Positions 9,860-19,956 are shown, counted from the stretch's first letter. The stretch is 64,000 nucleotides of DNA from Planctomycetota bacterium (GCA_965248445.1 CBDFJG010000004.1:416001-480000); one strand, 5' to 3'. The notes: generated by a model from the sequence alone, not told the origin. Translations and numbers: made by a program.

Positions 9860-10790
9860 CGTGAGGGTACCGCCGTCTGCCCAGCCCGCCGAGGGTGCGT
9901 GGGGGCGATCCACTTATCCCCGGCCAGACGAATGCCGATGACAGAAGTGGGGAGGCCCTCGGGGCCGGAAGACAGACCCGACCGCGCCGGATCGCGGCGA
10001 ACCCGTGGAACGGTGGAGCGGTTATCCGGAAGGATTTCCGGGACTCTTCGGCACGCGAGATGCGTCTTACCTGGGTAGAGGCATGAGTCCGCCCCTGAGG
10101 CGAACCTGCCCCGAGCTGGCTGAAACTGGTCAGGCTGGGAACTGGCCGAGCTGGGAACTGCGACTGACAACGAGGCGGATCACGCCTGCCCCGCACTGCG
10201 CTTCGGGCGCGCCCTCGGGCGCTCACGAACGGTGTCGCGGACCGCGGGCCCCGCGGGGAGCCTTTGAAAAGGCCGGACGGCGGCATCGAGCTGACGCTCG
10301 ACCCCACGTCTTCCTTCCTTTCAATGCCCTATCAGAGCGCCATGCACACAGGCCCGGGCGAGAGCCCGCCGCCTGAGGCGGAACTCCTTCCCACCTCATG
10401 CCCAACACCACTCGGGAGGACCGCCGGCCACGTTCGGCCCTTTCTAGGCTCCCCCAAAGACGATCCGCCTCGTCTCTTCTGGCGTCAACAGCTGACGCTG
10501 TTGACGCACTCGCCTGCGCGGCTGTCTGTGCCGCCGCGACCCTTCGGGCAGACCCGAGCCGGCTGTTCGCTGCGTCGCCTCGGATCGGCGCCACGAACGT
10601 GTCGCCTCACCTCCCCTCCTTGCGCCCGATCACACCCGGACGGTGGTCGCATCCGTTGCGTCGTCTCCGGCACCGCTCGGCTCCCCATTGGCTGATCGGG
10701 TAGTGGGAGGTCGCGATACGCGATACGCGCGATTGCGTCGGGTGTTACTGACAGGCGGGGTGCGTTCTCGGGTTCCGCGCACGTCTGTCG
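9860..10790 (+). ncRNA. Putative large structured non-coding RNA; family not recognised, ends approximate
   Basis: Intergenic with no credible CDS. Nested helices 10170-10181/10462-10473 (12 bp), 10255-10263/10446-10454 and 10271-10279/10431-10439; 11-bp hairpin 10482-10507. GNRA loops and G-U pairs favour the + strand. Confidence 0.55.
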
Positions 10791-10817
10791 CGGGTGTTGT
10801 GGACAATCGCGCTCAAC

Positions 10818-11909
10818 GTGAAGCCGCGAAGCACTCCGGAGACAACGAGCGAACTTGCGGACGATGCGGCCGTCGGCACATCCGACGTGGCACCGCTGCG
10901 CCACATCGATCCGCCGCACGTGCTCGAGCCGATGCTCGCTCTGTGGCCCGCACCTGCACTGCTGGTGGACAGCGACGGGGTCGTGCTCTCCGCGAACGAC
11001 GCGGCGGCGGCACTCCTCGACATCACCGCCGAGAGCGCCCACGGACGCATGCTCGCGGGACTTCTCGGTGTCCCGGCCACGCGCGCTCTGCTCGTCGGTG
11101 CCGGCTCCGCGCGGCTCGCCGCGGCCGCAGAACGCCCCGCGCTGAGGGCCCGCGCGCGGCGCACCGAGACGGGCGACGTCGTCGTGGGCTTCCACGTCGA
11201 AGACGGCCCCGCCGTCGACCTGGAGCACGCCGAGCGTCTCGCCTCGATCGGCGAACTGCTGTCCAGCGTCGCGCATGAGCTCAACAACCCGCTCACGAGC
11301 GTGCTCGGCTACGCCGAGTTGCTGCTCGCCGACGATCACCCGGACCTGCCCCGGGACGAGCTCCAGCGGATCCACGACGAGGCGGCCCGCTGCCGCCGCA
11401 TCGTCCAGAACCTGCTCGACCTCTCTCGCGCCGAACGTGTCGAGTCGCGCCCACTGCTCGTGGGCGACGTCGTCGCACGCGTCGTGGAATTCCGTTCGTA
11501 TGCAGCCCATGTTGCCGGCGTCACGCTCCGGGGCGAGTGCGAAGAGGACCTGCCCGTGATGGTGGGCGACTTCCACCGGCTCGTGCAGGCCGTGCTGAAC
11601 CTCGTCACGAACGCGGAGCACGCCGTCGCAGGACGGGCGGCGGGCCGCAGCGTCACGGTACGCGCCCGGCGCGCGGGCCCAAGGCTCGCGATCGAAGTCG
11701 AGGACAACGGAGCCGGCGTGCGCCCGGAAGACGCGGAGCGCATCTTCGAGCCGTTCGTCACGACCAAGCCGCGCGGGCGCGGAACGGGCCTCGGGCTCTC
11801 CCTCGTGCGGAACACCGCGATCGCTCACGGCGGCGACGTGCGTGTCGAACGCAGCGCCGGCGGCGGCGCCCGCTTCGTGATCGAACTGCCGGCCGCCACC
11901 GACGTCTAG
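10818..11909 (+). CDS. PAS-domain sensor histidine kinase (NtrB-like)
   Basis: AHELNNPL H-box, NLVTNA N-box, DNGAG, FEPFVTTK and GTGLGL motifs. Confidence 0.93.
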   Translation: MKPRSTPETTSELADDAAVGTSDVAPLRHIDPPHVLEPMLALWPAPALLVDSDGVVLSANDAAAALLDITAESAHGRMLAGLLGVPATRALLVGAGSARLAAAAERPALRARARRTETGDVVVGFHVEDGPAVDLEHAERLASIGELLSSVAHELNNPLTSVLGYAELLLADDHPDLPRDELQRIHDEAARCRRIVQNLLDLSRAERVESRPLLVGDVVARVVEFRSYAAHVAGVTLRGECEEDLPVMVGDFHRLVQAVLNLVTNAEHAVAGRAAGRSVTVRARRAGPRLAIEVEDNGAGVRPEDAERIFEPFVTTKPRGRGTGLGLSLVRNTAIAHGGDVRVERSAGGGARFVIELPAATDV

Positions 11910-11972
11910 ATCGCTGCGGTCTGTCGTTCGGATCGCGAAGCGATTCTCACGCCACACCTGGCGATCGTGTCT

Positions 11973-12005
11973 CCCTCCTACGCCGCCTCCGGCGGCGTAG
12001 GAGGG
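11973..12005. terminator. 15-bp perfect hairpin between convergent genes
   Basis: CCCTCCTACGCCGCC-TCC-GGCGGCGTAGGAGGG; no U-tract. Confidence 0.5.
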
Positions 12006-12099
12006 CTACGGTCACGCCGCTTGCTTCGCAACCGTCGCGACCTTCGCGATTCGCGCAACGAGTGCGAGCTCTGCCGCGAGGGCACGGCCACGGCGGCGT

Positions 12100-13500
12100 T
12101 CACTCGCGCGCTAGGAACTCGAACGTCGCGAGGATCTTCTCGAACTCCGGACGCACGACCTCGAACGCAGCGGCGGGACAGGCGGCGAGCAGCCGGAACA
12201 CGCGACCGTCGCGCACGTACAGGTGCGCGAGCGTGCGCGTGTTCTCGCCCTTCGTTGTCGCCGTGGCCTCCATCCAGTAGCGGCGGGCGCCCTCCACGTC
12301 CTCGTAGCCGTCGCGGCGCACGCGGAAGTCCTTGGAGTGCAAGCGCAGCAGCCGCTGCAGCGATTCAGCCGCGCGCTCGACGGTGACACCCGAAGGCGGC
12401 GCCTCCTCGCGCATCACGTCCACGGACGCACCGAGCGGCCGGCTGCGCACCGTGACCAGTGCTGCGGCGCCGGGGATGGCCGGCTCCTCGAACGTCCAGG
12501 ACGGATCCGGCTTGCCGATGGCGAAACCCGCGACCGGGTCGGCGTATCGCGTGCGCGCAGCGCTGTCCGGGCCCGTGACCCGGTCCTGGTCGCCGCCGCG
12601 CACCGCCTCGAGCACTCCGGGTTGAGCAGCCATCGCGCGCAGCGACGGGCCGTTCAACTCGGACATGTGAGCCGCGAGATCGGGCCCGATCCACTCGACC
12701 TCTTCCCGCCCTCCGCGCTTGCGCTTGACGACGCGAACCCGCACGGAGTTCTTCTCGATCTCCACCGTCTTCTCCCCGCCCTCCGTGTAGCGGACCAGTT
12801 CGAATCGGCGTGAACGCGAGTCGTACGCCATGGCCGCGAACACTCCCGAGAGCGCCGCGGACTCGCGCAGGAAGAACTCACGGGCCGCGAGCGGGAAGCG
12901 TGCCTCCTTCGGCATCGCGATCATGGTCGTCTCGGTCTTCCCCTTCTTCTTCGTCTCGACCGACGCGCGCTCGCCGAGTACTTCGACTCGCAGCAACGAC
13001 GTGTCGCCTCCCGGCGCGCTTTCCTGCACCTGCAAGAGGGTCGGCAGGAAGTCCGCGTCGCACCGTTCGACCGTGAAGACCTCCAGCGCGGGCTTTCCCT
13101 CTGCGTCGAGGAACGTGACGCGCTCCTCGAACTGGAAGCCGCCGACGCGTTCGAGCGCGCGGAACACCCGTGTGCCGCCGCGTTTGCCGTCGATGTAGAG
13201 CAGCGCGTGCTCCTCGCGGGCGGGCTCGGCCGGTTCGGCGGCCGGCGTCGGCGCACCCGTCGACGACCCGTCCGAAGACGCTTCGCCGCGCACGATCTCC
13301 TTCACGATCGAACGCGGGTACGTGATCGAGCCGCCGCCGATCCCGAGCTTCACGTGATCCTCGTCGGCTTCGAGAACGGTGCCCTTGATCTCGCGACCGT
13401 TGTGGAGGATGAGCGTGTCCTCGGCGCGGGCGTCGGAAGCAACGGCGAAGAGGAGTGTCAGAAACACGGCGACGGGCACAAGGCGGGGAAGCGGACTCAT
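12100..13500 (-). CDS. Secreted hypothetical protein
   Basis: Signal peptide, then DTLILHNGREIKGTV (small beta domain); PsbP-like C-terminus suspected. Confidence 0.7.
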   Translation of the reverse strand: MSPLPRLVPVAVFLTLLFAVASDARAEDTLILHNGREIKGTVLEADEDHVKLGIGGGSITYPRSIVKEIVRGEASSDGSSTGAPTPAAEPAEPAREEHALLYIDGKRGGTRVFRALERVGGFQFEERVTFLDAEGKPALEVFTVERCDADFLPTLLQVQESAPGGDTSLLRVEVLGERASVETKKKGKTETTMIAMPKEARFPLAAREFFLRESAALSGVFAAMAYDSRSRRFELVRYTEGGEKTVEIEKNSVRVRVVKRKRGGREEVEWIGPDLAAHMSELNGPSLRAMAAQPGVLEAVRGGDQDRVTGPDSAARTRYADPVAGFAIGKPDPSWTFEEPAIPGAAALVTVRSRPLGASVDVMREEAPPSGVTVERAAESLQRLLRLHSKDFRVRRDGYEDVEGARRYWMEATATTKGENTRTLAHLYVRDGRVFRLLAACPAAAFEVVRPEFEKILATFEFLARE

Positions 13501-13587
13501 GTACCTCTCATCGGCCTCCCGGAACATCCGGTCCAGCCTGCGCGCCCGTTCGCCCGGCAGTTCTGTAGGATCGGGCAGGGGGTGCGG

Positions 13588-14583
13588 TCAGCGCGCTTTC
13601 AGCTCCTCGCGGACCCAGTCGTGCCAGGCGGCCTCGCTCTCGCCGAGGTACTCCGGGACCGTTGCGCCGGTCGACTCCATGAGCACGGCCAGACCGGTCA
13701 CCACGGCCGAACGGGGTGTGCCACGCGGTGTCTCATCGATGATGGTGACCAGCGCCGGCACCGCTTTGACGTCGCCCAGCTTGCCCAGGGCGAGCGCCGT
13801 GTGCGTCCGCACGAACGGGTGATCGTCGCGCAACAGGTTGATCAGGGCGTCCACCGATCGCTGGTCGCCGAGGGCGCCGAGCGTCGCGGCCGCGTGCCCG
13901 CGCACGTAGGGATCGTCGGGATCGAACAGCGCCGCCTCGATCAGGGGCATCGCACGGGTGAGGTCGGCCGGGTCCAGTGGCGCCGAACCGGCGGCCGTCC
14001 GAGAGTCGATGACGTGCCACATGGCGATCAGGACGTTGTTGCGAATGTCGTCGTCCTGGCTGTCGAGCCAGCGGATCAGCGAAGCCGGCGGCGTGCTCGC
14101 GCTCTGACGGCGGGCCAGTGCAAAGGCGACGTTGGTGAGCAACCGCGGGTCATCGCTGGTGTCCAGTGCGGTCGCCAGCGCGGCGACGGCTCCGTCGGTC
14201 GCCGAGAATGCGAGCGCCTTGGCCGCAATACGCCGCCTCGAGAGTTCCTCGCCGGTCAACGACCCGATCAACTGAGTCTCGTTCTGCGCGACGACGGCCT
14301 CGAGTGCCGAGGAGAGGAGCTCCCTCTCCCGCATCGACTCCACGCCGGCCTGCGACTTCAGGTGCACGAAGCGGTCCACGCGCGAATCGAGGTCCTGCAG
14401 AAGGCGGCCGTAGGAAATGGCACCGGCGTCCCCCGTCGACTCTCCGACGAGTTCGACCGTCGGGTCGGACGAATCGGAGACGCAGCCCCCCGCGAGAGAC
14501 ACGGCGAGAGGCGCCACGAGGACGAGGAGGATCGCGGGCAGCCGGGCGCTGCGCCGAAGGAGTGCTCGGCTGGGTCTGTGCAT
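13588..14583 (-). CDS. HEAT-repeat lipoprotein
   Basis: Lipobox-like LAGGC; repeated VR..AA.ALG.LGD..AV.AL. Confidence 0.8.
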   Translation of the reverse strand: MHRPSRALLRRSARLPAILLVLVAPLAVSLAGGCVSDSSDPTVELVGESTGDAGAISYGRLLQDLDSRVDRFVHLKSQAGVESMRERELLSSALEAVVAQNETQLIGSLTGEELSRRRIAAKALAFSATDGAVAALATALDTSDDPRLLTNVAFALARRQSASTPPASLIRWLDSQDDDIRNNVLIAMWHVIDSRTAAGSAPLDPADLTRAMPLIEAALFDPDDPYVRGHAAATLGALGDQRSVDALINLLRDDHPFVRTHTALALGKLGDVKAVPALVTIIDETPRGTPRSAVVTGLAVLMESTGATVPEYLGESEAAWHDWVREELKAR

Positions 14584-14615
14584 CAGGTCTTCCCTTGGAC
14601 GGGTGGAGCCGGAGT

Positions 14616-15059
14616 CTATTCCGCCCCGTCGCCCGGAGTCCCACCGCCATCGGAGGACGCCGACGCCGCGCTCTCCGCGGCCAGAAGCTCGCGCAGCTCC
14701 GCCGGCAGGCGCCGGGGCCGGCCCCCATCGTCCACGGCGGCGTGCCTGGAACTGCCCGTGGCGAGGACTTCGCCATCCCGGACGACCTCGTATCGCAACG
14801 TGAGGCGGGTGCGCCCGCACTCGGTGCACCGCGTGACGACCTCGAGCAGATCGTCATAGCTCGCCGGCCGCAGGTACTTCGCGGACGCCTCGATCACGGC
14901 CAGATGCGTGCCCGACTCCATCAGTTCCGCGTAGGGCAGGCCCAGCGCGCGCAGGTACGCGGTCCGCGCGATCTCGAAATACACGAGATATCTCGGGTGG
15001 TGCACGATCCCCATCGTGTCCACCTCATCGAACCGGACCCGGATCTCGGTCGTGTGCAC
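14616..15059 (-). CDS. Acyl-CoA thioesterase (YbgC/FadM hotdog fold)
   Basis: VRFDEVDTMGIVHHPRYLVYFEIAR and YLRPASYDD motifs. Confidence 0.9.
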   Translation of the reverse strand: MHTTEIRVRFDEVDTMGIVHHPRYLVYFEIARTAYLRALGLPYAELMESGTHLAVIEASAKYLRPASYDDLLEVVTRCTECGRTRLTLRYEVVRDGEVLATGSSRHAAVDDGGRPRRLPAELRELLAAESAASASSDGGGTPGDGAE

Positions 15060-15113
15060 GCGGCCGAAGATACTCCGGCCACTTCGGGTGACCCGGCTAA
15101 CTTCGCCCACCCC

Positions 15114-15545
15114 ATGGAGGAGTCACCCTCTCGCCGCCCCTTCGTCCCGGTGCTGCTCGCGTGGCTCGTGCCGGGAGGTGGTCACCTCATGCTCGGCCGT
15201 GCCTGGCCGGCGCTCTGGGTGTTCGCCGGCGTGTTGCCGCTTTTTCTGCTCGGGATGCACCTCACGGGCTACGAGATCGTCAGCCCGGTGCGGCACCCGT
15301 GGTACTTCGCGACGCACGTCTGGATGGGCCTGCCGTCCGGGTTCGCGGCACTGCTGACGACGGAGACCGTGTTGACGGAGCCGCTGCCGTTCCAGGAAGC
15401 AGGCCGGCTCTACACCGCGGTCGCCGGCATGCTGAACCTCATGGCGATCGCCGACGTCTGGGCGCGCTGCAAGCGCGGCGACCCCGAGACGCGCCCCGCG
15501 CCCGCAGGGGACCCGGACCTGGTCGCCGTGGAGCCGGCACCGTGA
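15114..15545 (+). CDS. Membrane protein (DUF6677-like)
   Basis: LAWLVPGGGH...G.LYTAVAGMLNLMAIAD. Confidence 0.7.
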   Translation: MEESPSRRPFVPVLLAWLVPGGGHLMLGRAWPALWVFAGVLPLFLLGMHLTGYEIVSPVRHPWYFATHVWMGLPSGFAALLTTETVLTEPLPFQEAGRLYTAVAGMLNLMAIADVWARCKRGDPETRPAPAGDPDLVAVEPAP

Positions 15546-15742
15546 CCGAGTTCGTCCGCTGGGCAGTGATGCTGCTGATCGTCTGCCTCGCGATCAGCAT
15601 GGTGAACGGCGCGATGCGCGCGAGCACGCTCAACGGTGTCGTCCGAGAATCGATGCGCAGCCTCGTCGCACTGGCAGGCGGACTCGCGCTCCTCATCGCT
15701 GTCGTCGAAGTCGTCCTGCTCGTCGTCCAACAGAACGCGTAG
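15542..15742 (+). CDS. Small membrane protein
   Basis: Two hydrophobic helices; GTGA overlap with the upstream gene. Confidence 0.6.
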   Translation: MTEFVRWAVMLLIVCLAISMVNGAMRASTLNGVVRESMRSLVALAGGLALLIAVVEVVLLVVQQNA

Positions 15743-15803
15743 CTGCCCCGTTTCGCGTCCCGCCTTGGCAGTCAGGGCGTATGCTCCTCCCGTGCGACTG
15801 GCG

Positions 15804-16340
15804 ATGTTCTGTCCGCGCTGCGGCGCCCCGCTCTCGGAGCGGATTCCGGAACTGGACGATCGGCCGCGCAAGGTCTGCTCCGAGTGCGCCTTCGTCGTGT
15901 ACGTCAACCCGAAGGTCGCCGCGGGCACGGTTCCGGTGCGCGATGACGGTCAGATCGCGCTCGTGCGGCGAGCCGTGGAGCCGCAGGTCGGTCTGTGGTC
16001 CTGGCCGTGCGGATACCTCGAGAACGACGAGACCGTCGAGGACTGCGCACGGCGTGAGACCCACGAGGAGACGGGCGTCGAGGTGTTACTCGGCGCTCTC
16101 CTGGGCATCTACAGCTACCCGCAGGACGCCCGCGACGCCACGCTCGCGGGCAGCGGTCTCGTGATCGTGTCGTGGGCGGCGCGCGTCACGTCGATCGAGC
16201 TGGCGCCGGGCTCGGACGTGCAGGAGACCGCGTGGTTCGCCCCCGCCGACATTCCGTGGGACGAGCTGGCGTTCGATTCGTCCCACCGCGCCCTGCGTGA
16301 CTTCCTCGACGGCACGCGCGATTTCGACGGCACAGCATGA
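15804..16340 (+). CDS. NUDIX hydrolase with N-terminal Zn ribbon
   Basis: MFCPRCG...CSEC...YVNP; Nudix box GYLENDETVEDCARRETHEETG. Confidence 0.9.
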   Translation: MFCPRCGAPLSERIPELDDRPRKVCSECAFVVYVNPKVAAGTVPVRDDGQIALVRRAVEPQVGLWSWPCGYLENDETVEDCARRETHEETGVEVLLGALLGIYSYPQDARDATLAGSGLVIVSWAARVTSIELAPGSDVQETAWFAPADIPWDELAFDSSHRALRDFLDGTRDFDGTA

Positions 16341-16528
16341 CCACGCCGCCGGAGCCCGAGACGCAGGAAGCCGGTCCGGGGCGGATACTGCTCCTTCTCC
16401 TAGCCGCCGGCGCCGCCCTAGCGGTCGGCTGGGGCGTCCTCTATGCCGTGATGAGCTTCTTGGGCCCTGGTTGGGGGTGAGTGGGCGCCCGCCAGAACCG
16501 CGAATGGCGTGAGCAGAGGCCCCCCCCC

Positions 16529-17287
16529 TCACCCCGCGCAGTACCGCCCATCCCCCATCAGCTCCACGACTCCGCGCAATTCCATCGCCGTCAGCGACTG
16601 CAACGCCACCTCTGCCGACAGCCCCGTCCGCGCCATCAGTTCATCGGGATCCAGTTCCTCGCCTCGCAGTTCCGCGAGCAGCAACCGCTCCTCGTCGTTC
16701 TTGCCCGCTGCCGAAGTGCCGCGCGCCGCCACGTCGGGAATCTCCAGCCCCAGCGCCCGCAGCACGTCGTCCGCCCCCGCGCAGAGCGCCGCCCCTTCGC
16801 GCAGCAGGCGGTGCGTCCCGCGCGACATCTCTGCATCCACGCGGCCGGGGACCGCGAGCACGTCGCGACCGAGGTCCAGCGCGTGGTCCGCGGTGATCAG
16901 CGCCCCGCTCTTCTCGCCCGCCTCCACGACGACGACAGCGACCGCGAGAGCAGCGATAACGCGGTTGCGCCGCGGGAAGTGGTGCGGCAGCGGCGCGGCG
17001 TCGAGCGGGAGCTCCGACACGACGGCGCCGCGTCCGGCCGCGATGTCCGCCGCCAGCGAGACGTGTTCCGGTGGATAGAGGCGCGCCAGCCCGCTTCCGA
17101 GCACTGCAACGGTCCGCCCCCCGGCCGCCAGGGCGCCGGCGTGCGCGGCGGCATCGACCCCACGCGCCAGTCCGGACACGACCGTGAGATCGAGTTCCGC
17201 GAGCTCGCGGCCGAGCCGCTCGGCCGTTGCCCGTCCGTACCGGGACGCTCGCCGCGCGCCGACGATCGCCACGCACCTCTGATCTGC
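16529..17287 (-). pseudogene. dprA: DNA-processing protein DprA, 5'-truncated at the IS66 end
   Basis: VAIVGAR, VVSGLARGVDAAAH, FPRRNRVI and EAGEKSGALITA motifs plus C-terminal winged helix. The N-terminal part is absent; the frame begins at the IS boundary. Confidence 0.85.
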
Positions 17288-18787
17288 GTAACCGTTCACC
17301 CCTTCGTCGCGAGCCAGGATCCAGATCGTTCGGCCATCGGTCGATCAAGATGTTGTGGGCGAGCGGCAGGACGAGGATCTGCGGGCGATGGTCGAGGGCC
17401 TTCTGGCCTGGATCGAGGAGCTGGAGCGTCGCGAAGCGAAGCATCTGCGCCGCATCGACGAGCTCGAGTCGCGTCTGAAGCGTGACTCCCGCAACAGCTC
17501 GAGGCCTCCGTCGTCGGACCCGGCGTGGTCCAAGCGCCGTCGCGGCCGAAGGCCGCGTAGCGGTCGCAAGCAGGGCGGACAGCCGGGCCATGAGGGCACG
17601 GCGCGCGAGCTGGTGGATCCGTCCAACGTCGATGAGACCAAGGAGCACCGTCCCGACCTCTGCGACGCGTGCGGACACGACGATCTCGAGCAGGGCATCG
17701 GCGATCCGTACCGGCACCAGGTGACGGTGCTCCCGCGCGTGCTCGTCACGGTGCGGGAGCACCGGCTGCACAAGGCGCGGTGCCGGCGCTGTCGTGCGGT
17801 CACGACGGCGGTCCTGCCCGATGGCGTGCCGACCGGGGCCTTCGGTCCGCGGCTGACCACACTTGCCGGCGCGCTGCGCGGCGTGTACCGCGTGAGCGTG
17901 CGGGAGACGCAGCGGCTGCTCGGTGAGATCTTCGGTGTGAAGATGTCGCTGGGCAAGATCAGCGACTGTGAGCGTCGGCTCAGTGACGCTCTGCACTCGT
18001 CGTACCTCGAAGCCCTCGGGGCAGTCCGCACGTCGCTGCGAGCCAACGTGGACGAGACGTCGTGGAAGGAACGGGGCCGGGTGTGCTGGCTGTGGGCGGC
18101 GGAGAGCGAGCACGCCACAGCCTTCGGGATCGATCGCCGCCGCAGTGCCAAGGCGAAAGGGCGGCTGATCGGGCGGCGCTTCGGTGGCACGGTGATCAGC
18201 GACCGGATGGGTGCCTACGAGTCACACCCACTTGCCCGCCGCCAGCTCTGCTGGGCGCACATCGAGCGCGCCTTCCGTGCGCTGGCCGAAGGCCCGCGAG
18301 GACATCGCCGCTTCGGCAACAAGGGCGTCATGATCGCGCAGTCGGTCATGCGCAGCTACCGGCTCTTCGGTGAGCACGGCGACCGTGACCGGCTGCAAGG
18401 CGAAGCCGCTGTGCTGCGCGGACGGCTCGAGCGACTGATCGCGAACGACGACTCGGCTCTGGCCAACCATCTGCGCCCCCGCGTGGTCGCCCTCTTCACC
18501 TATGCGCGGACCCAGGACGTGAGTCCGACGAACAACGCCGCCGAGCGCGCGGTCCGCAAAGCGGTGCTCTGGCGCAAGGGCTCCTTCGGAAGCCAGTCCG
18601 CTCGCGGACTCCGCTTCGCCGAGCGCGTGTTGACCGCCGCGGCCACGCTGCGACGCCGTGGCAACCAAGTCTTCGACTTCCTCGCCGACTCGGTCGCCGC
18701 GCACCTCACCGGCGCCGACCCGCCCGTCATGGTCCCGCTGCCCGTCGCACGCTGAGGCTCACACGCTGTCAAGGGGTGAACGGTTAC
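17288..18787 (+). mobile_element. IS66-family insertion sequence, single-ORF type, 1500 bp
   Basis: 17-bp perfect TIRs GTAACCGTTCACCCCTT / AAGGGGTGAACGGTTAC. The flanks TGATCTGC and GCTGAACG are not duplicated. Confidence 0.92.
17355..18755 (+). CDS. IS66-family DDE transposase (TnpC-like)
   Basis: DSRNSSRPPSSD, GGQPGH, CDAC/CRRC, VDET, QLCWAH and PTNNAAERAVR motifs. Confidence 0.93.
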   Translation: MGERQDEDLRAMVEGLLAWIEELERREAKHLRRIDELESRLKRDSRNSSRPPSSDPAWSKRRRGRRPRSGRKQGGQPGHEGTARELVDPSNVDETKEHRPDLCDACGHDDLEQGIGDPYRHQVTVLPRVLVTVREHRLHKARCRRCRAVTTAVLPDGVPTGAFGPRLTTLAGALRGVYRVSVRETQRLLGEIFGVKMSLGKISDCERRLSDALHSSYLEALGAVRTSLRANVDETSWKERGRVCWLWAAESEHATAFGIDRRRSAKAKGRLIGRRFGGTVISDRMGAYESHPLARRQLCWAHIERAFRALAEGPRGHRRFGNKGVMIAQSVMRSYRLFGEHGDRDRLQGEAAVLRGRLERLIANDDSALANHLRPRVVALFTYARTQDVSPTNNAAERAVRKAVLWRKGSFGSQSARGLRFAERVLTAAATLRRRGNQVFDFLADSVAAHLTGADPPVMVPLPVAR

Positions 18788-19956
18788 GCTGAACGTGGGC
18801 CGCGTCACCTGCGTGTCGAGCGCCCGGTTCTCGAGACCGTCGCTGCCGCAGTCGAGCGCCCGGCAGGCCGTGAGCACGTTGTCCGTGCCGCCGATCAGGC
18901 AGAACCCGTCGCCGGGGACATCCTCGACCGTGTTCCCGGTGAGCGAGTTGCTCGATCCGGTGATCACGACGCCATCCCCGTTCCCCGTGAGGATCGAGTT
19001 GTCGGAGATGGCGTTGCCGTCGCCTCCGATGACGAGTCCCTCGGCGCCGAAGGCCTGCACTCTGTTCTCGGTGACGATGTTGTCGTCGCCGTTGACTTCA
19101 AGCGCGGTGGTGCCGAGGTCCATGCCGACCAGAGTGTTCTCGGACACGGTCGTGCCGGAGACGTCCAGGTCCATGCCCGCGCCTCCGAGCGTGTTGTCCG
19201 TGTGATTCTCAAGAACAGCGCCGCTCGCACCGTGAACGATGATCCCTGGGCACTCCACGATCGCAATGAGCTCGTGCGGCGCATCGCGCACGTCGATCAC
19301 CGGATCGAGCCAGACGGCCGGTGCGTCGTAGGTCGCTGGAATGAACACCGCTGCCTGGACGTCGATCTTTGCATCGAGTCGTCCTACAACCGTCTCGTTT
19401 CCCTCGACGTGGAACCGGTCGCCGCCCACCCGCACTCCGAGGTAGACGCGCTCGCACGCGTTGTCTCGAACCGTCGCCCGGTTGCCGATCACGTCGAACC
19501 CGACGTCCACGTAGTCCGCGTCGTTCGCCGTGACCTCGACCTCGGTTCCGCGGGCGCCCACGCCGACGGCCGTGCCGGAGATGTCGTTGCGCAGAGCGCG
19601 ACAGCGGTCCCCGTCGATCCACACGCCGGTGCCCAGCGGCGGGAACACCTCTGCGACGCTGCGACCGGCGGCCATCTCGGAGGCTGGGCCGAGATCAAGC
19701 GCTTCGACCGGTCCCGGGTTCCCCGCGTCGACGAAGCGGCGGTGTAGCTGATTGCGGTCGACGAGGCCATCCGCACCGGTCACGCGGACCAGCGTCATCG
19801 CCTCCGCTCGATCGGGAGACTCGTGCTCTGCGAGAGCGTGCACGGAGTTCCTGAGAACGCTGGCGCGATCGCCGACGACCGTGAACCCATCGTGCACGAC
19901 GCTGGTGGCTTTGTTGCCCTCGACACGTGCGTCATCGCCGGTGATGCTGCCGAGAG

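Noticed and set aside
7822..10307. Long N-terminal extensions of the YkgJ (to 10170) and kinase (to 10307) ORFs
   Set aside because: Arg/Pro-rich shadow sequence typical of high GC; plausible starts are at 8685 and 9857.
9895..10460. tmRNA, SRP RNA, RNase P RNA, 6S RNA or group II intron as the identity of the structured region
   Set aside because: No T-arm/CCA end for tmRNA. TCCGGAAGGA lacks the flanking CAGG/AGCAG of SRP. No GAGGAAAGTCC for RNase P and no domain V for a group II intron. The 10255-10454 rod is 6S-sized but branched and nested in a larger helix; 6S is not fully excluded without cmscan.
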